From Protoeuglena noctilucae (lineage: Eukaryota): a stretch of DNA of 64,000 bases. The translations under genes and the position numbers were made by a program. Under the pieces are notes generated by a model. The model made no database searches, was not told the DNA's origin, and saw only the letters and a program-made list of their open reading frames with translations. This document shows, piece by piece, positions 36,576-48,523 of the stretch; the stretch's first letter is position 1; each line of letters starts with the position of its first letter. The stretch spans positions 496,001-560,000 of the forward strand of contig OY253680.1 in NCBI GenBank assembly GCA_958009085.1, written 5' to 3'.

Positions 36576-37355
36576 TCAGGGGACGGTGCTTGGCAGCTGG
36601 GCAGCCAGAGTGCGAGAGAGCCACTTGCGCTCTGCTCCGCCGGCCAGCCGGCTGGGAAGCACGTTCCGGGGTTGTTTGCTGTTTCTGCAGAGTACCGGGT
36701 GGGCCCCTGCCTGCCGCTGCCTGCCCCGGGCGCTGGGCGCTGAAGCGAGCTGGCGGCCGGGCGCTGGCGCGGTGGCATGGTGGCACCCTCCCCGCCCGCG
36801 CTCAAGGCCGCGGGTGCGCCGGGCCTTCCGAGGAGGGTGTCGGCGCGCTCGTGAGCCGCAGTAATGCGCGTGGAACGCAGTGCGCCTGGTTTCTTGTGTC
36901 AGGGGAGTGGCCTGTGTCCCTGCACGCGCATTTGTTGGAGGCGCCAGTTGCCTGGCGCCCCGGCTCGGCGCTGCGATGGATGGCCGTTGAATTGCTTCCG
37001 CGTTGTCGTCGTCTAGGCCCAGCCAAGCATTGGGGAAGGAAGCGAGGGGCTGCCCTCTAATGTGTCTGGCACTGCCGGCCCAGCCTGAGTATTGCCTCTC
37101 TAGCTCGCAACGCTCCTTTGTCTCGGCGGAACTCGAAAAGGCTGGCTCGCGGTACAGCATTGTGGCATCCGCGGTAACTCTTAGCTGGGCAGGCACAGGG
37201 GTCGCGTGCGTGGGAAGGTCGGAATGGCTGAGGAGGCGGCTGCCGCCGTTGTGCAGGATAAGATGAATGCTGGGGACGAGGGGAAGGTGGATGATGCGGA
37301 GAGGGAGGCTGGCGAGGCGGAGGACGGGAACGATGGTCTCGAGGTAACGTGCCAT
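36576..37355 (-). CDS. Possible intronless orphan ORF (259 aa)
   Basis: True ATG at 37355, about 200 bp from and divergent to the DCL start. No recognisable motif; 3' half is low complexity. Confidence 0.25.
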   Translation of the reverse strand: MARYLETIVPVLRLASLPLRIIHLPLVPSIHLILHNGGSRLLSHSDLPTHATPVPAQLRVTADATMLYREPAFSSSAETKERCELERQYSGWAGSARHIRGQPLASFPNAWLGLDDDNAEAIQRPSIAAPSRGARQLAPPTNARAGTQATPLTQETRRTAFHAHYCGSRARRHPPRKARRTRGLERGRGGCHHATAPAPGRQLASAPSARGRQRQAGAHPVLCRNSKQPRNVLPSRLAGGAERKWLSRTLAAQLPSTVP

Positions 37356-37557
37356 GCGCGCCTTTCGCCTTGAGTCCTATTTTACCCTCCGTCGTCCATA
37401 CTTTGTTTCTTGTGTATACGCCGGTAGGACTGGCTGGCTTGGATACTCGTCATAAGGGCGCCGGAGGGCCGGGCTGCCGGGGCACAGCAGTCCCGCCGCT
37501 CTCGCCCGGCAGGGGGGCCGGCTCACGGTGCGGACGCTATGCAACTCTTCGTCAAGA

Positions 37558-38371
37558 ATGTCTTCGCAGATGGAGGTGAAGGAGGACGTTGGCCAGCCAG
37601 CGAAGGCGGAGCCTGTGACGGTCGGCTACATGACGTTCAAGAGCGCGAACGAGGCGCTATCTTACTACGCCAGAGTCGCGCAGGAGTATCCTCAGGTGCG
37701 ATGCAGCCAGCGTCAGCAACCAACCAGCTCTCTGGGGGCCTCGCTGAGACGTTGGAAGTTGCTGCAACCAACACGGGGTTGTGGCGGGCACGATTCCTGC
37801 AGAACATGGACCTGAACGAGTACGAGTTCACCATGGTCAAGGAGCTGCTCGTGAAGGGCCACCCGCGGGCGGAGGAGAAGCTTGCAGGCGGCGTCAAGTC
37901 CATCCAGCTGCGGATTAACACAGAGTATGACGAGCCCACCAAGTGCTTCTTCATCCACCGTGACGGTGAGGACGGTGGGCAGCAGTGGCATGCGCCGGGC
38001 GTGGCAACATCCCTTGTGTGGAGAGCACGAACCCCAGCTGTGGAGCTTGGCTCGCAATGACTGCGAGCCACCGCTGCCTTTGACCGCAGACGACACGTGG
38101 GAGGACTTCTCCTACCGCAAGTGCATCTGGAGGCTCTTCCCGGGCTCGGTGAGCACCTCACAGGCAGAAGGCCACTGCGCTTTTTCCTAGCAAAGAAGCA
38201 CCAATATGACCGTGCCCTTGCATCCGTGGCTGACAGGAGCGGCACTCCATGGGTCATGGAGGCAAGGGGGGCCGCGGCGGGCGTGGGAGCACCGGCGGGC
38301 GCGGCGGCAGGGGCGGGCGTGGAGGCAGGGGTGGGCGTGGGGGCAAGGTGACAAATGCACTCAGCTGGTAG
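37558..38371 (+). CDS. DCL/DOMINO1-like protein (DUF3223) with C-terminal RGG tail
   Basis: VTVGYMTFKS..|DLNEYEFTMVKELLVKGHPRAEEKLAGGVKSIQ..CFFIHRD|DTWEDFSYRKCI, then GGRGGRG repeats. Alternative end at 38466 if a further intron is used. Confidence 0.88.
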
Positions 38372-38743
38372 ACGTCGCACGAGCTGGCTTCCCACACAGC
38401 CGTTTTCGTCCAGGTCCTCGCATATGTAATGAGACCTCTCGCTGCTCTCAGGGAGATGGGCACTGATTGTGACGGTCAGGGCCGGGGGCACGAGCGCGCA
38501 CAAGCTGCCGGGCGCCTCCTCGAGGCCGACATGCGTTCAAATCAGTGCTGTCGGATTGCTGTTGCGGGATCCAAGGCATGGCAAGTCTTGTTAGGCAAGT
38601 CCTGTTAGATTGAATCGCCCATGCCAGTGCACCCGCTCACTCTCAGTCCGCGTCGTAGGAAACACTTTCACGAAGTTAAACATATCGGCAACAACCTGGC
38701 ATGAGATTGTCGGGACGAACACCAAGCTTTGCTGTGGACGGCA

Positions 38744-40510
38744 TCACGCTGTGGCGCCCTGGCAGGAGGACCCACACCCGGCGGTGCAGCCGTAGCAGTG
38801 GTTTGCGAGGGCAATCGGCGTCCCAGTCAGCTCGTCCAGGCCGTCGATGTCAAACACAGTCGCCACCTCTGCGGGGGAGCATGGAGGGAAAAGCATTGGT
38901 CAAGGGCGGCAGCCACTGCACTGTCCCTGCCACAGCTACAGACAGCCCCGCAGCGTCTCATCCCGCCCGCGGATGACCAAAGGGATGTCGAGCTGCTGGT
39001 TGAAGTCGCAGTCGAAGAGGCGGCCGTCCCAATTGACGCTGACCGTGTTGCGGCACATGACGCCCTCGGCGGCCCCAGCGTTGAACGACTGCACCAGCAG
39101 AGCCATGTACTCTTCCAGAGACCCACGCCGCTGCAGCCAGTCGTGAAAACGCTGCAGCGCACAGATCCCGGAGTTGCGATGAGCGAGAGTCCGGCACCTT
39201 CGCTGGCATCTTTCCAGGCACGCCCCTCGCATACCGCATCAAAGAGTCGAAGCCCCTGCATGAAACAACCGCCCTCGCACCTTGATGGGCATGTTGTTGA
39301 GGCACAGCAGCCGGTTAAAGCGCACCCCGAAGTTGCCCAGGAGCTCCTCCTTGTACGCGGGCTCCAGCGTGGCCTGCGAGGGCGCCAGAAACGCCCCGCC
39401 CGGGTTGTAGACCAGGTCGAGCTCCAGCCCGGATCCCTCCATGCCGTACCCGAGGGCGTTGAGCTTGCGCAGGCCGGCGATGGAGCGCTCGAAGACCCCC
39501 GCTCCCCGCTGGCTGTCCACGTTCTTCTGCATTGGGTGACACTGGTCGACGTCAGGGTGGCACCCCATGGGGCTCGGATACAAGCCAGATCCTCTGCCAG
39601 ACCCCGCCGTCACCATGGAGTAGCACGGCAGCGACGCCACCACGCGCACGCGATGCTGCGCGAGGAAGTCCGCCAGGTCCTCCTGCCCCGGCTCCATGAG
39701 GACGGTGAGGTTGCAGCGGTCGATGACCTCGACGTTACGCTCGCGCGCGCCGGCCACCAGACCCCGGAACGCCGGGCAGAGCTCCGGGGCGCCGCCCGTG
39801 AGGTCGACGGTCGAGACGGAGGGCGAGGCGTCGAGGAGGCGCAGGCACCGGTCCGCCACCTCCTGGGACATGACCTCCGTGCGCTTCGGGGACGACTCCA
39901 CGTGGCAGTGCGTACACGCCTGGTTGCAGAACAGCCCGATGTTGAGCTGGAAGACGGTCGTGAGGCCGCGGACCAGGGGCGACACCTTCATCTCGCGCAC
40001 CTTCCCCGCAAAGGCGGGCAGGCCGAGCCTGCACGCACCAGCAGAGGGGCGAATGCAGCTCGCGCAGGGTGACGGCAGCTGCGCGTCGAAACGTGCGGCC
40101 GGCGAGCGGGCAGCTGCCTACCTGTCCAGCGACCGCTGCGTGCGGCGCTGCTCGTCCGCTGTGATGGCCCTCTGTCCCTTCTCCCGCAAAGCGTCCTGAA
40201 CACGCTTGAACTCCGGGTCGTCCATTCCCTTGAGAGTGTCGGGGATGAGAGAACTCGCCGAGCCCCCCGTCCTGCGCTCGGTTACGCGCTGCTCCTCGTC
40301 GCCAGTCGTCTCTTCAGGGGTCCCGGACAACTGACATCACTGCCCTCTCAGCACACTCGTGGCGCACGCGTGCATCGGCGCGCCTATCCACCGCTTAAGA
40401 TGTGACAGCACCGCGCGTCACCTGGCCATGGTCCTTTGCCTCCTCGCACAGCGCCGCCTGCCCTGGACAGCCGCAGCTTGCACGGCGGCGGGGAACGCCG
40501 CGGCCCCCAT
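38744..40510 (-). CDS. arsS: ArsS-family radical SAM protein (arsenosugar biosynthesis family, DUF3641 C-terminus)
   Basis: FQLNIGLFCNQACTHCHVESSP (CxxxCxxC), DLTGGAPEL, IDRCNLT, ASLPCY, LVYNPGGAFL, NNMPIK|RF, VMCRNTVSVNWDGRLFDCDFNQ, HCYGCTAGCGSSCQGA*. Transit-peptide-like start. Confidence 0.9.
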
Positions 40511-40760
40511 GCTTGTGCACACGGCGAGAAAGCACGAGCTTCTTTTGTCTCTAACTGTTCACCATCAATCCCACAGCTTCAGCAACAGGCTAAGTCTGAG
40601 GACATCTGCGCGAAGAGGCCCACCTTTCTCGCCATCTTCGGTTTCTGACTGTCACTTGCGCCGGGGTGCGCAAAAGAAGGCGACCGGGCGGCCGAAGCAA
40701 TTCACTGCGGACGCATTGTGACAAGTACGCACCTGTCCGAACCCCGGGAGCGTCAGTTGG

Positions 40761-42115
40761 ATGCTCGGGGCGTCCAGGAGCCTGCCTGCCCTAGCAGGCC
40801 ACGTCAGCAGCGGGCGAGCAGCCTCTGGGACGCGCATCCGCGGCCAGGTGTCAACGATGGCAACGTTGCGGAAAGAGCTCGTGGTTGTCGGGTCTGTGAA
40901 TGCCGGTGAGCCAGTGAGGAGGACGAGGGAATGGGTTGGAACGCATGCGTGCTGCTTTTAAAGCACCTGCAGAGGCCGCCGGATGCCCTGCGTTGCAGAT
41001 TTGGTAGTGACACTCGATCGCGTCCCTGGAGAGGGCGAGACGTTATCGGCCCACGCGCTGGAGCTGCACCCGGGGGGCAAGGGAGCGAACCAAGCGGCAG
41101 CGGGAGCTTTGCTAGGCTACCCGACGAGCTTCGTGGGGCAGGTGGGGCGGGACAGCAACGCTCCGTTCCTCCGCGAGTGCCTGGCGACGCGAGGCGTGCG
41201 CCTCAGCGGGCTGCGTGAGGTGGAGGGGCCCTGCGGGACGGCGATCGTGATGCTGGAGCGCAAGACGGGCGAGAACCGCATCATCATCGTCGGCGGGGCC
41301 AATCGCTCCGATTTCGAGATCTTGCCGGAGCAGGAGGCGCTCGTGCGCTCCGCGGGCATGCTGCTGCTGCAGCAGGAGGTGCCCCAGGAGGTCAACATGC
41401 GTGCCGCGCGCATCGCGCACGACGCAGGCGTGCCGGTGCTGCTGGACGCGGGCGGGGAGGACGCGCCGCTCCCGGACGAGATGCTGGGGCTGATAGACAC
41501 CTTCTCTCCGAACGAGACGGAGCTGGGGCGCATCGTGGGGAGGGCCGTGGCGACGCCCGAGGACGCGGTTAGGGCTGCACGGGTGCGCTTGGTGGCACCT
41601 AGTGGCACCTCTAGCGACATGCCGCAGTCGCTTAGCGACCGTCCCGTGGCACTTACGCTGCCACCCAGCTCTCGGATGCTCTGCAGGAGCTGATTGCCAA
41701 GGGAGTGTGGGGCGTCCTGGTCAAGCTGGGCTCCAAGGGCTCGCTGCTGGTGGAGGCTGGTACGGAAGAGGTGGTGCGGCAAGGGATCATCCAGGCAGAG
41801 AGGGTCGTGGACACGACAGGCGCGGGGGACTCGTTAACAGCAGGGTATGCGGTGGGGCGTTTGGAGAGGAAGAGCCACCAAGAGGCCATGCGGTTCGGGG
41901 CAGCAGTGGCGAGCATCGTGGTGAGTCAAGCATTGGTGTTATGGCTTTGCTGGGATCGGCTGTGGTCAGGACCGGTCAGAGAACTCGAGCAGAGGCCGTG
42001 TCACTTGACGCGTTCCCCTCCCTCCCAGGTCAGCCGGATGGGTGCCATGAGCAGCTTGCCGACACGCGCCGAGGTCGACGCTCTGCTCGAAGCAGACGGC
42101 ACACAGCGGAAGTGA
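40761..42115 (+). CDS. RBSK: Ribokinase (PfkB family), probably plastid-targeted
   Basis: LVVVGSVNA|DLV, PGGKGANQA, GENRIIIVGGAN, LLQQEVP, SPNETEL, VDTTGAGDS. Confidence 0.93.
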
Positions 42116-42217
42116 TGGTTAGAGTGCACATGGGCAGCAGTAGTTGTGCAGATGAGAAGGTGTAGCGGACACGTTCAAACGTGAAATAGGCACTGGCCTT
42201 CTAAAATGCTACGGTCT

Positions 42218-42990
42218 TTACTTCACGCCGACCGGTGCCTTACACAGCTGCAGCTTGCGGACGTGCTCCCCAACGACCGACTTGCGGTACGGCTTGGTGG
42301 CCAGCGAGGTCGGGACGTCCTCGGGCTGCTCCACCCAGAGCTGCGCGCGGCAAGGTGACGAAACGGGTCACAGGCTCTCCGCATTATCCGACAGCCCTGA
42401 GTGGACTGTTGGCCTTGGCATGCATGTCTACAAACATGGGCGCGACCTGTTGCAGACACCAGGGTGCCTACCTTGTGCAGGATGCCCGCATCTGTAAGCT
42501 TCTGCGACAGGTTCTTTAGCTGCTCGACCCCCTTAACCTCCAGCACCACCTTGCGCATGTGGTCGAGGTCGGCGCAGTAGGCCGCCACGTCCGGGTCGTC
42601 CTGATGCAGCCACAGCGCCGCGGTCGCCGCGTGGCATGCCTGGGCGGCAACGCTTCCCAGCGGCCAGCCCAGCTCGGACCAGAGGTCCCGACGAAGCACC
42701 ACGTACTGGACGATGGGATCGTCCCCAGAGGACGCACCACCACTAGCCGTCGAAGGCCCCGCGGCGGTGGCCGGGGCTACCAGGGTCTTCCCGTCCATCT
42801 TCAGACCGTTCTGCAAGGCGGGCCCGCGGCATCGGTCTCACCAAGCAGCGAGAGCAGTGCTGCCAACACAATCAGGGTGCTACTCTGTGTCACATCCCAC
42901 CTGCCGTCGATGGCCCTGACGCCGTGTCCAGCTGGTCACCCTCCCTGCTGCTAGCGGATACAGATGCCACGCGCGCAGACACGTCGCCAT
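42218..42990 (-). CDS. PTRHD1: Peptidyl-tRNA hydrolase domain protein PTRHD1
   Basis: VQYVVLRRDL..WPLGSVAAQACHA..LDHMRKVVLEV..HK|LWVEQPEDVPTSLATKPY. First exon is presequence-like; start uncertain. Confidence 0.9.
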
Positions 42991-43401
42991 GCGCAGAGAG
43001 GGCTTGCTTCAATGACGCGGGGGGCCGCTGTTGACCGTGTGTGCTATACTGGGTCGGAGCAGCCTTGCTGGACAAATACGCACTATCACTAGCTTGCTGA
43101 AATGGTGTTTGGGTCGGGCATTCGGCGCAGATGTCAGGCTGTGGGTAGATGACTGAGAATCAGTGAAATGTACCCTGTCAGAGCTATGTGCGGCTCTGTG
43201 CGTCGAAGGCACCTGCCCCTCGCTCTCCACGTGCTGTGTGTAGCGTCTCTCCAGCACTTGGTGCCATTCTCTGCGTCGTCTCTTTGTGTATTCACGCGTG
43301 GTCCCCTCGATTGACTGTAGCCTTGCGTGCTTTGGTGATCTGCGTCCGCTTGGGACACGCGAGTGATGTGCAGTGGTCTCAGCCCCGGCGAGAGCTGCGC
43401 G

Positions 43402-45744
43402 ATGGAGGAGGAGGCAGGCAGGGTGCAGGTCCCGGACGAGGACGATGGGGTCCTGAGCGAAGAGCAGTACGACGACGAGGACTTTGAGCCGGCGAAGGAA
43501 GGAGAGGAAGACGATGAGGCCAAGCATGGGGAAGCGGGCGTCTCCCCAGCTCCTGAGCAGGTACGAGCCTCGCCATGTGCCCGGATGTGACCCAGGGACT
43601 TGCCTGCGCCCCTTCTCGACCTTCTCTTATCACTTTCAAATCGAGGATTATTCCCAGAAATGTGATCTTTGCTTCCCGCGCGCTTTCTCGCCTCGCAGGC
43701 GGAAACCGGGGCGGAACAGGCCCGGGCTTCTGAACCAGACGCTGCCGTCGGCCAGCTCAACGAGTCGGGTGGCGAAGCCGTCACGGTAGGGAAGGAACAC
43801 GCGGAGGACGCGCCTGAGGGCGGCGATCAGGTCGAGGGAGGAGGCGGAGGCCATGTGGAGGACGGCGCGTCCCCAAACGATGGGCCGGAGGATCCCGCGG
43901 GGTCTCCCAACGCGGACGAAGCCGGAAACCGCGATGATCCGCCCGCGCATGATGCGGAGGAAGGGGTGCATGCGCCAGAGGGCGCGGGAGACCTCGAGCA
44001 AGAACAGGCTGCAGGGCCCACGGGCGAGGAGTTGACTCCGGCACCTGCGGACGCGCCATCATTCCCGCAATCGAAGGAAAAGGCTGCGGGTGCGGCTGAT
44101 CCGGCGTCGGAGGAGACCGAGGCGGAGCACCAGGCCGCGGAGGCGCACGCTCGCGCTGTGGAGGCGTCGCCGTCGGGCGGTGATGGCCGCGAGCAGGCCG
44201 AGACCGCTGTGGGCGATGCGGCGGCTCCCGAGAGTGGTGCAGGCATGCCGGGCCTCGAGGTTGCGGGTGCACCGATGGGCGCCGAGTCTGGGGAAGCGGG
44301 GGCCGTGGAGAGCGGGGGAAGCGTGGCACCAGACGCGGAGGCGGACGGCCAGGATGCCGACGCGCGTCTCGGCACTGCGGCTGACCCTGCGGTCGACACC
44401 CCAGAGGCGGGTGGCGATGCCCTTGCCACGCCGGCCGCAGAGGCTGGGGTTGAGGGCACGGCGCCAGGCCATGATGGGCCGGGCGATGGTGCAGGCGGCC
44501 TGCTGTCGAGCGATGCGCCCTTGGCATCGGATCGTCAAGGCGCAGAGGACGGGGCGCTTGGCGTGGATGGCGGGGGTGCCGAAGGCGGTGATGGCCACGT
44601 TGAGCCGAGCACTCCCCTGCGTTTCGGGTCCGGCGACGACGCGCCGGTCGCGCTGACGACGCTCCTGGAGATGGTCCCCGAGGGCGGCACGGTGGGAGGC
44701 ACGGTGGACATCACGGCATGGGTGCAGACATCGCCTGGCGCGTCACCGCGGCGTCGGAGAGGCGACGGAGTGGAGGAGCCCAAAGGAGACTCGCCCTCTC
44801 CGCGCAAGACCCGGCCCAACTCGGCACGGCCCCTGGCCAAGTGGCAGAGGTGCGTGCGCCTGCCGTGGGCCCCGTCGACCCCCACTGACCTCCTCACGAC
44901 CTCCTCCACCTCAAAACAGCCGATCACCGTGCGACCCGCTCCTCCTTCGCAGGGCCCGCATGGAGCGCTTGTCCCTGGGCATGCCGGCCCGCGTGGCGAG
45001 CTCCAACACGTCGCCCCTCTGGTCCACGGGACCTGTCACGGAGCTCATGGCCGACATGCCGACCCCGGACCGTCCCGTCACGGCCCCGGGCAACCTCATG
45101 GGGTCCTGGCGGGCCTCCGTCCAGACCTCTCCCCGGAGGCTGGTGAGCAGCAGCAGCTCTGGGCACGCAATTGAGGGGCACGTGACACATCTCTGCCCGC
45201 TGCTCTCTGACCACTGCACTGGCAATCATCGTCATGGATGGCCAGATTCATCGTTACTATTGCATGTCACTTTTTCTACCCTTATCGACCCCGCAGACGT
45301 CGGCGCAGCAGGCGGTGATGGTGGAGCGCCTGACGAGGGTCCCGGCAGCGCCCGAGCGCCCGCCGCAGAAGATGGGCTTTGTCAAGTGCAAGCTGATCAA
45401 CGGCAAGATGCAGGAGGAGCTTGTGCCGCCGCCGGTGCTACCGGAGAAGGAGTACACACGTCGCCTGGTGGAGGCCCACGTCAAGCAGACGACCAAGCAC
45501 AAGGAGTCAATCGACAAGCTGAGGGACAAGTACTACGTGCCGCTGGTGAGGAGAAAGCGAAGTCGTTGATGAGCAGGGCCGAAATGGATGGACAGAGTCG
45601 TACTATACCCATAGCAGGCATGCTGGAGCGTGCCATGGGTCATTGACTCTGCAGGTCAAAAAGGTGGAGCGCAAGAAGGACGTGATCGAGCGCGTGGCGG
45701 CGTGTCTCAAGGACGGCAAGTCGTCCAAGGAGGCCTACGTGTGA
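43402..45744 (+). CDS. Hypothetical protein: long acidic disordered N-terminus, helical basic C-terminus
   Basis: Five exons joined in frame at GT-AG sites: MEEEAG..EEQYDDEDFE..|AETGAEQ..AKWQR|..|TSAQQAVMVERL..DKLRDKYYVPL|VKKVERKKDVIERV..AYV*. Confidence 0.7.
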
Positions 45745-45954
45745 GCTGCTGACAGGCAGGCACGGGGGCCGCCTGGCAGATGGAAGCCGCAGCAGCGCAC
45801 ACGTGATGTGACGCGCCCGTGCGCCAGTCGCCGCACGTGCCTGCGCTTCCTCCTGTGCCGTGCGATTTAAACTCGCTTCATTCCACGTGTCGTTTCTTAG
45901 AGTCTTCAAATGCCAGGCTGGCAGGGGTGCGTCAGCTGTGCAGCCTTGGCGCCA

Positions 45955-47761
45955 TCACAATAGCCCGCGCTCCGCCATGACCTGACGCATGGTCTTGCCC
46001 ATGACAGCGGGGGACTGGACCACCTTGCAACCCGCGGACTCGAGGGCCTGGATCTTGCCCTGCGCTGTGCCCTTGCCACCGCTGATGATGGCACCCGCGT
46101 GACCCATGCGCCGGCCGGGGGGCGCCGTGAGGCCCGCGATGAAGGACACAACCGGCTTGGTGGTGCCGCTGGCGCGGATGAACTGCGGCCAGAGCGTCAC
46201 AGCGGCGAAACGTCAGTTGTGGGGCGACAAGGGTGGTACCATTGGAGCGAGAGTGGACAGACGCCAACAGGGCAGACACTCGCCTCCGCTGCCTCCTCCT
46301 CGGCCGTGCCGCCGATCTCCCCGATCATGATGATGCCCTCCGTCTGCGGGTCCTTCACAAAGCGCTCCAACACGTCGACGAAGTTCGTGCCTGCGCACGA
46401 AACGCCAGGCACTACTCACATCCATCGCGGGATTAAAACCATCTACAGTCACCCTGGCCCGTCACTGGAACCCCGGGTGATTGACGACTCACCGTTGAAA
46501 GGGTCGCCCCCGATGCCGACGACCGTCGACTGTCCCAGTCCCTCGTTGGTCGTCTGGAACACGGCCTCGTAGGTGAGGGTACCCGACCGCGAGACGATGC
46601 CGACCTTGCCGGGTTTGTGGATGTACCCCGGCATGATGCCGATCTTGCACTCGCCCGGCTTGATGATCCCGGGGCAGTTGGGGCCGATGAGACGCGTGCG
46701 AGACTGCTGCAGGAGCGCGTGCTTCACCCGCACCATGTCGTGCTGGGGGATGCCCTCTGCGGGGCGTTGGACAGCAACGCGTGAGCATGAGAAGCCATGG
46801 CGCATGGCAGCCCTGGCCCACAGTTACACCTGGCGTGCACCCCGCCGCCCTGCTCGCCTGTGATGCACACCACCAGGTCCAGCTCCGCCTCGATGCCGTC
46901 CAGGATGGCCTTGGCAGCGAACGGCGGGGGCACGTAGATGACCGACGCGTGGCATCCGGTCGCGCTCTTGGCCTCCTGGACCGTGTTAAAGACCGGGATG
47001 CCCAGGTGCTGGGTGCCGCCCTTGCGCGGGGTCACGCCGCCGACCATCTGGGTCCCATATGCGATCGCCTGCTCCGTGTGGAAGGTGCCGTTCTTCCCCG
47101 TCATGCCCTGCGGTTCGCGAGCGGGCCGGGCTTGAAGCGGAGGCGCACGGGACGGACCTCTCGGGCGGACCTCCCGGTGGGGAAACGAACCCGTTGCGCG
47201 GCCGCACCTGGCAGATGACCTTGGTGTTCTTGTCTACGAACACGGCAGGTTGCGAAGCCTGCGGGCGCGGGGCGGGATCTGCGGCGCTCGCCGCAGCGGA
47301 GGGGCAAGGACGGGCACGCGTCACTTCGCAAGCGTGGGCCGCGCGCACAGCGGATGCGAGCAGTACCGCGTCGCCGTCAGCGCATTCTTCAGCGACTACG
47401 CGAGCGGCTCGTGCAGTCGTCAGTCGCGTGGCTGGCCTCGCCGAGCTACACGACCAAACCCTGCGCATGCCCCTGCGTTACGCACCGCGGAGAAGCCCCT
47501 GCCCTGCTCCGCCGCGCCTTGCAGCACGCCGGCGACATGTCTGCGTTGGACGGGACCGCAGGGTGGACGTGTCAGCCCTGCTAGACGGCGCAGGGCCTCG
47601 GAGAGGGGCAGGGACCAACAGTTAGCGTTGAAGCCCCGGTTCCCTCGCAGCTGCACCCCATCCGATGATTCCGAAGCCAAAGGCAGATAACAAAACTTTT
47701 CCTCGACGCGTAGACCGGGCCATCGCCCCCCTCACCGCAAGGCCCGCCTCAGGCCGCCCAT
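45955..47761 (-). CDS. SUCLG1: Succinyl-CoA ligase alpha subunit, mitochondrial
   Basis: [78 protein letters not shown]. Presequence [13 protein letters not shown]. Confidence 0.97.
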
Positions 47762-48086
47762 CTCGACGACCCCGGTTGAGTTACGAGCCCTGTCGCTACT
47801 AGCAGTCCCTTGATTTGAACGTTGGGAAGGCCTAGCGACTGCCGCGGCCCTGCGTCCGCCGCGGCCATCAGCCCTGCCCGCCTGTCGGACCCGGGGACTG
47901 GCGTGGAGGGCGCTGTCGTTGTGCGGCAGTGGAGGCATCGCCACGCACCATTAACACCTCAGCTCAGGCAGCCAGACCTCGGCACAGCTCGACTGGAATC
48001 GAGTTGAGTGAACGGGGCGCCCTGCTGCCTGCGCCGTTCACAGCCTGAGGGCCGCTGCCGCCCCTTGGGAGCGTAGAGGGGAGGGC

Positions 48087-48495
48087 ATGTCGAAGACCAA
48101 GAAGGCGACTATCCTCGTCAAGCTCGTGAGCTCGTTGGGCACCGGTGAGCGCGCGACGTCTGCCGGCTCGCAGCGCTGCCAACCCTTGCTGAACCCCGGG
48201 CCTTTGCTTCGTCGTAGCTCACTTACATAGAATCACTAGCGATCGCGCCTGCTGAGTGCTGCTCAACTCCTGCGTCGGGGGCCCCCGCAGGCTTTTTCTA
48301 CGTGCGGAAGAAGAACCCGAAGACGCTCCCCGGGAAGATGGCGTTTGTCAAGTACGACCCCGTAGCGAACAGGTGTGCTTGAGAACTTGCCATCGGGCCT
48401 GTGCGCTCCCGCCAAACGCGCCGCCGCGCGACGCGGTGTGCCCGGTGGGCTGCGCTTGCAGGCATGCGGTGTTCACGGAGAAGAAGCTCCGATAG
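48087..48495 (+). CDS. rpmG: Organellar (probably mitochondrial) ribosomal protein L33
   Basis: MSKTKKATILVKLVSSLGT|GFFYVRKKNPKTLPGKMAFVKYDPVANR|HAVFTEKKLR*; two GT-AG introns. Confidence 0.92.
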
Positions 48496-48523
48496 CACGC
48501 GCCGCGGCGCATGAGGAGGGACG

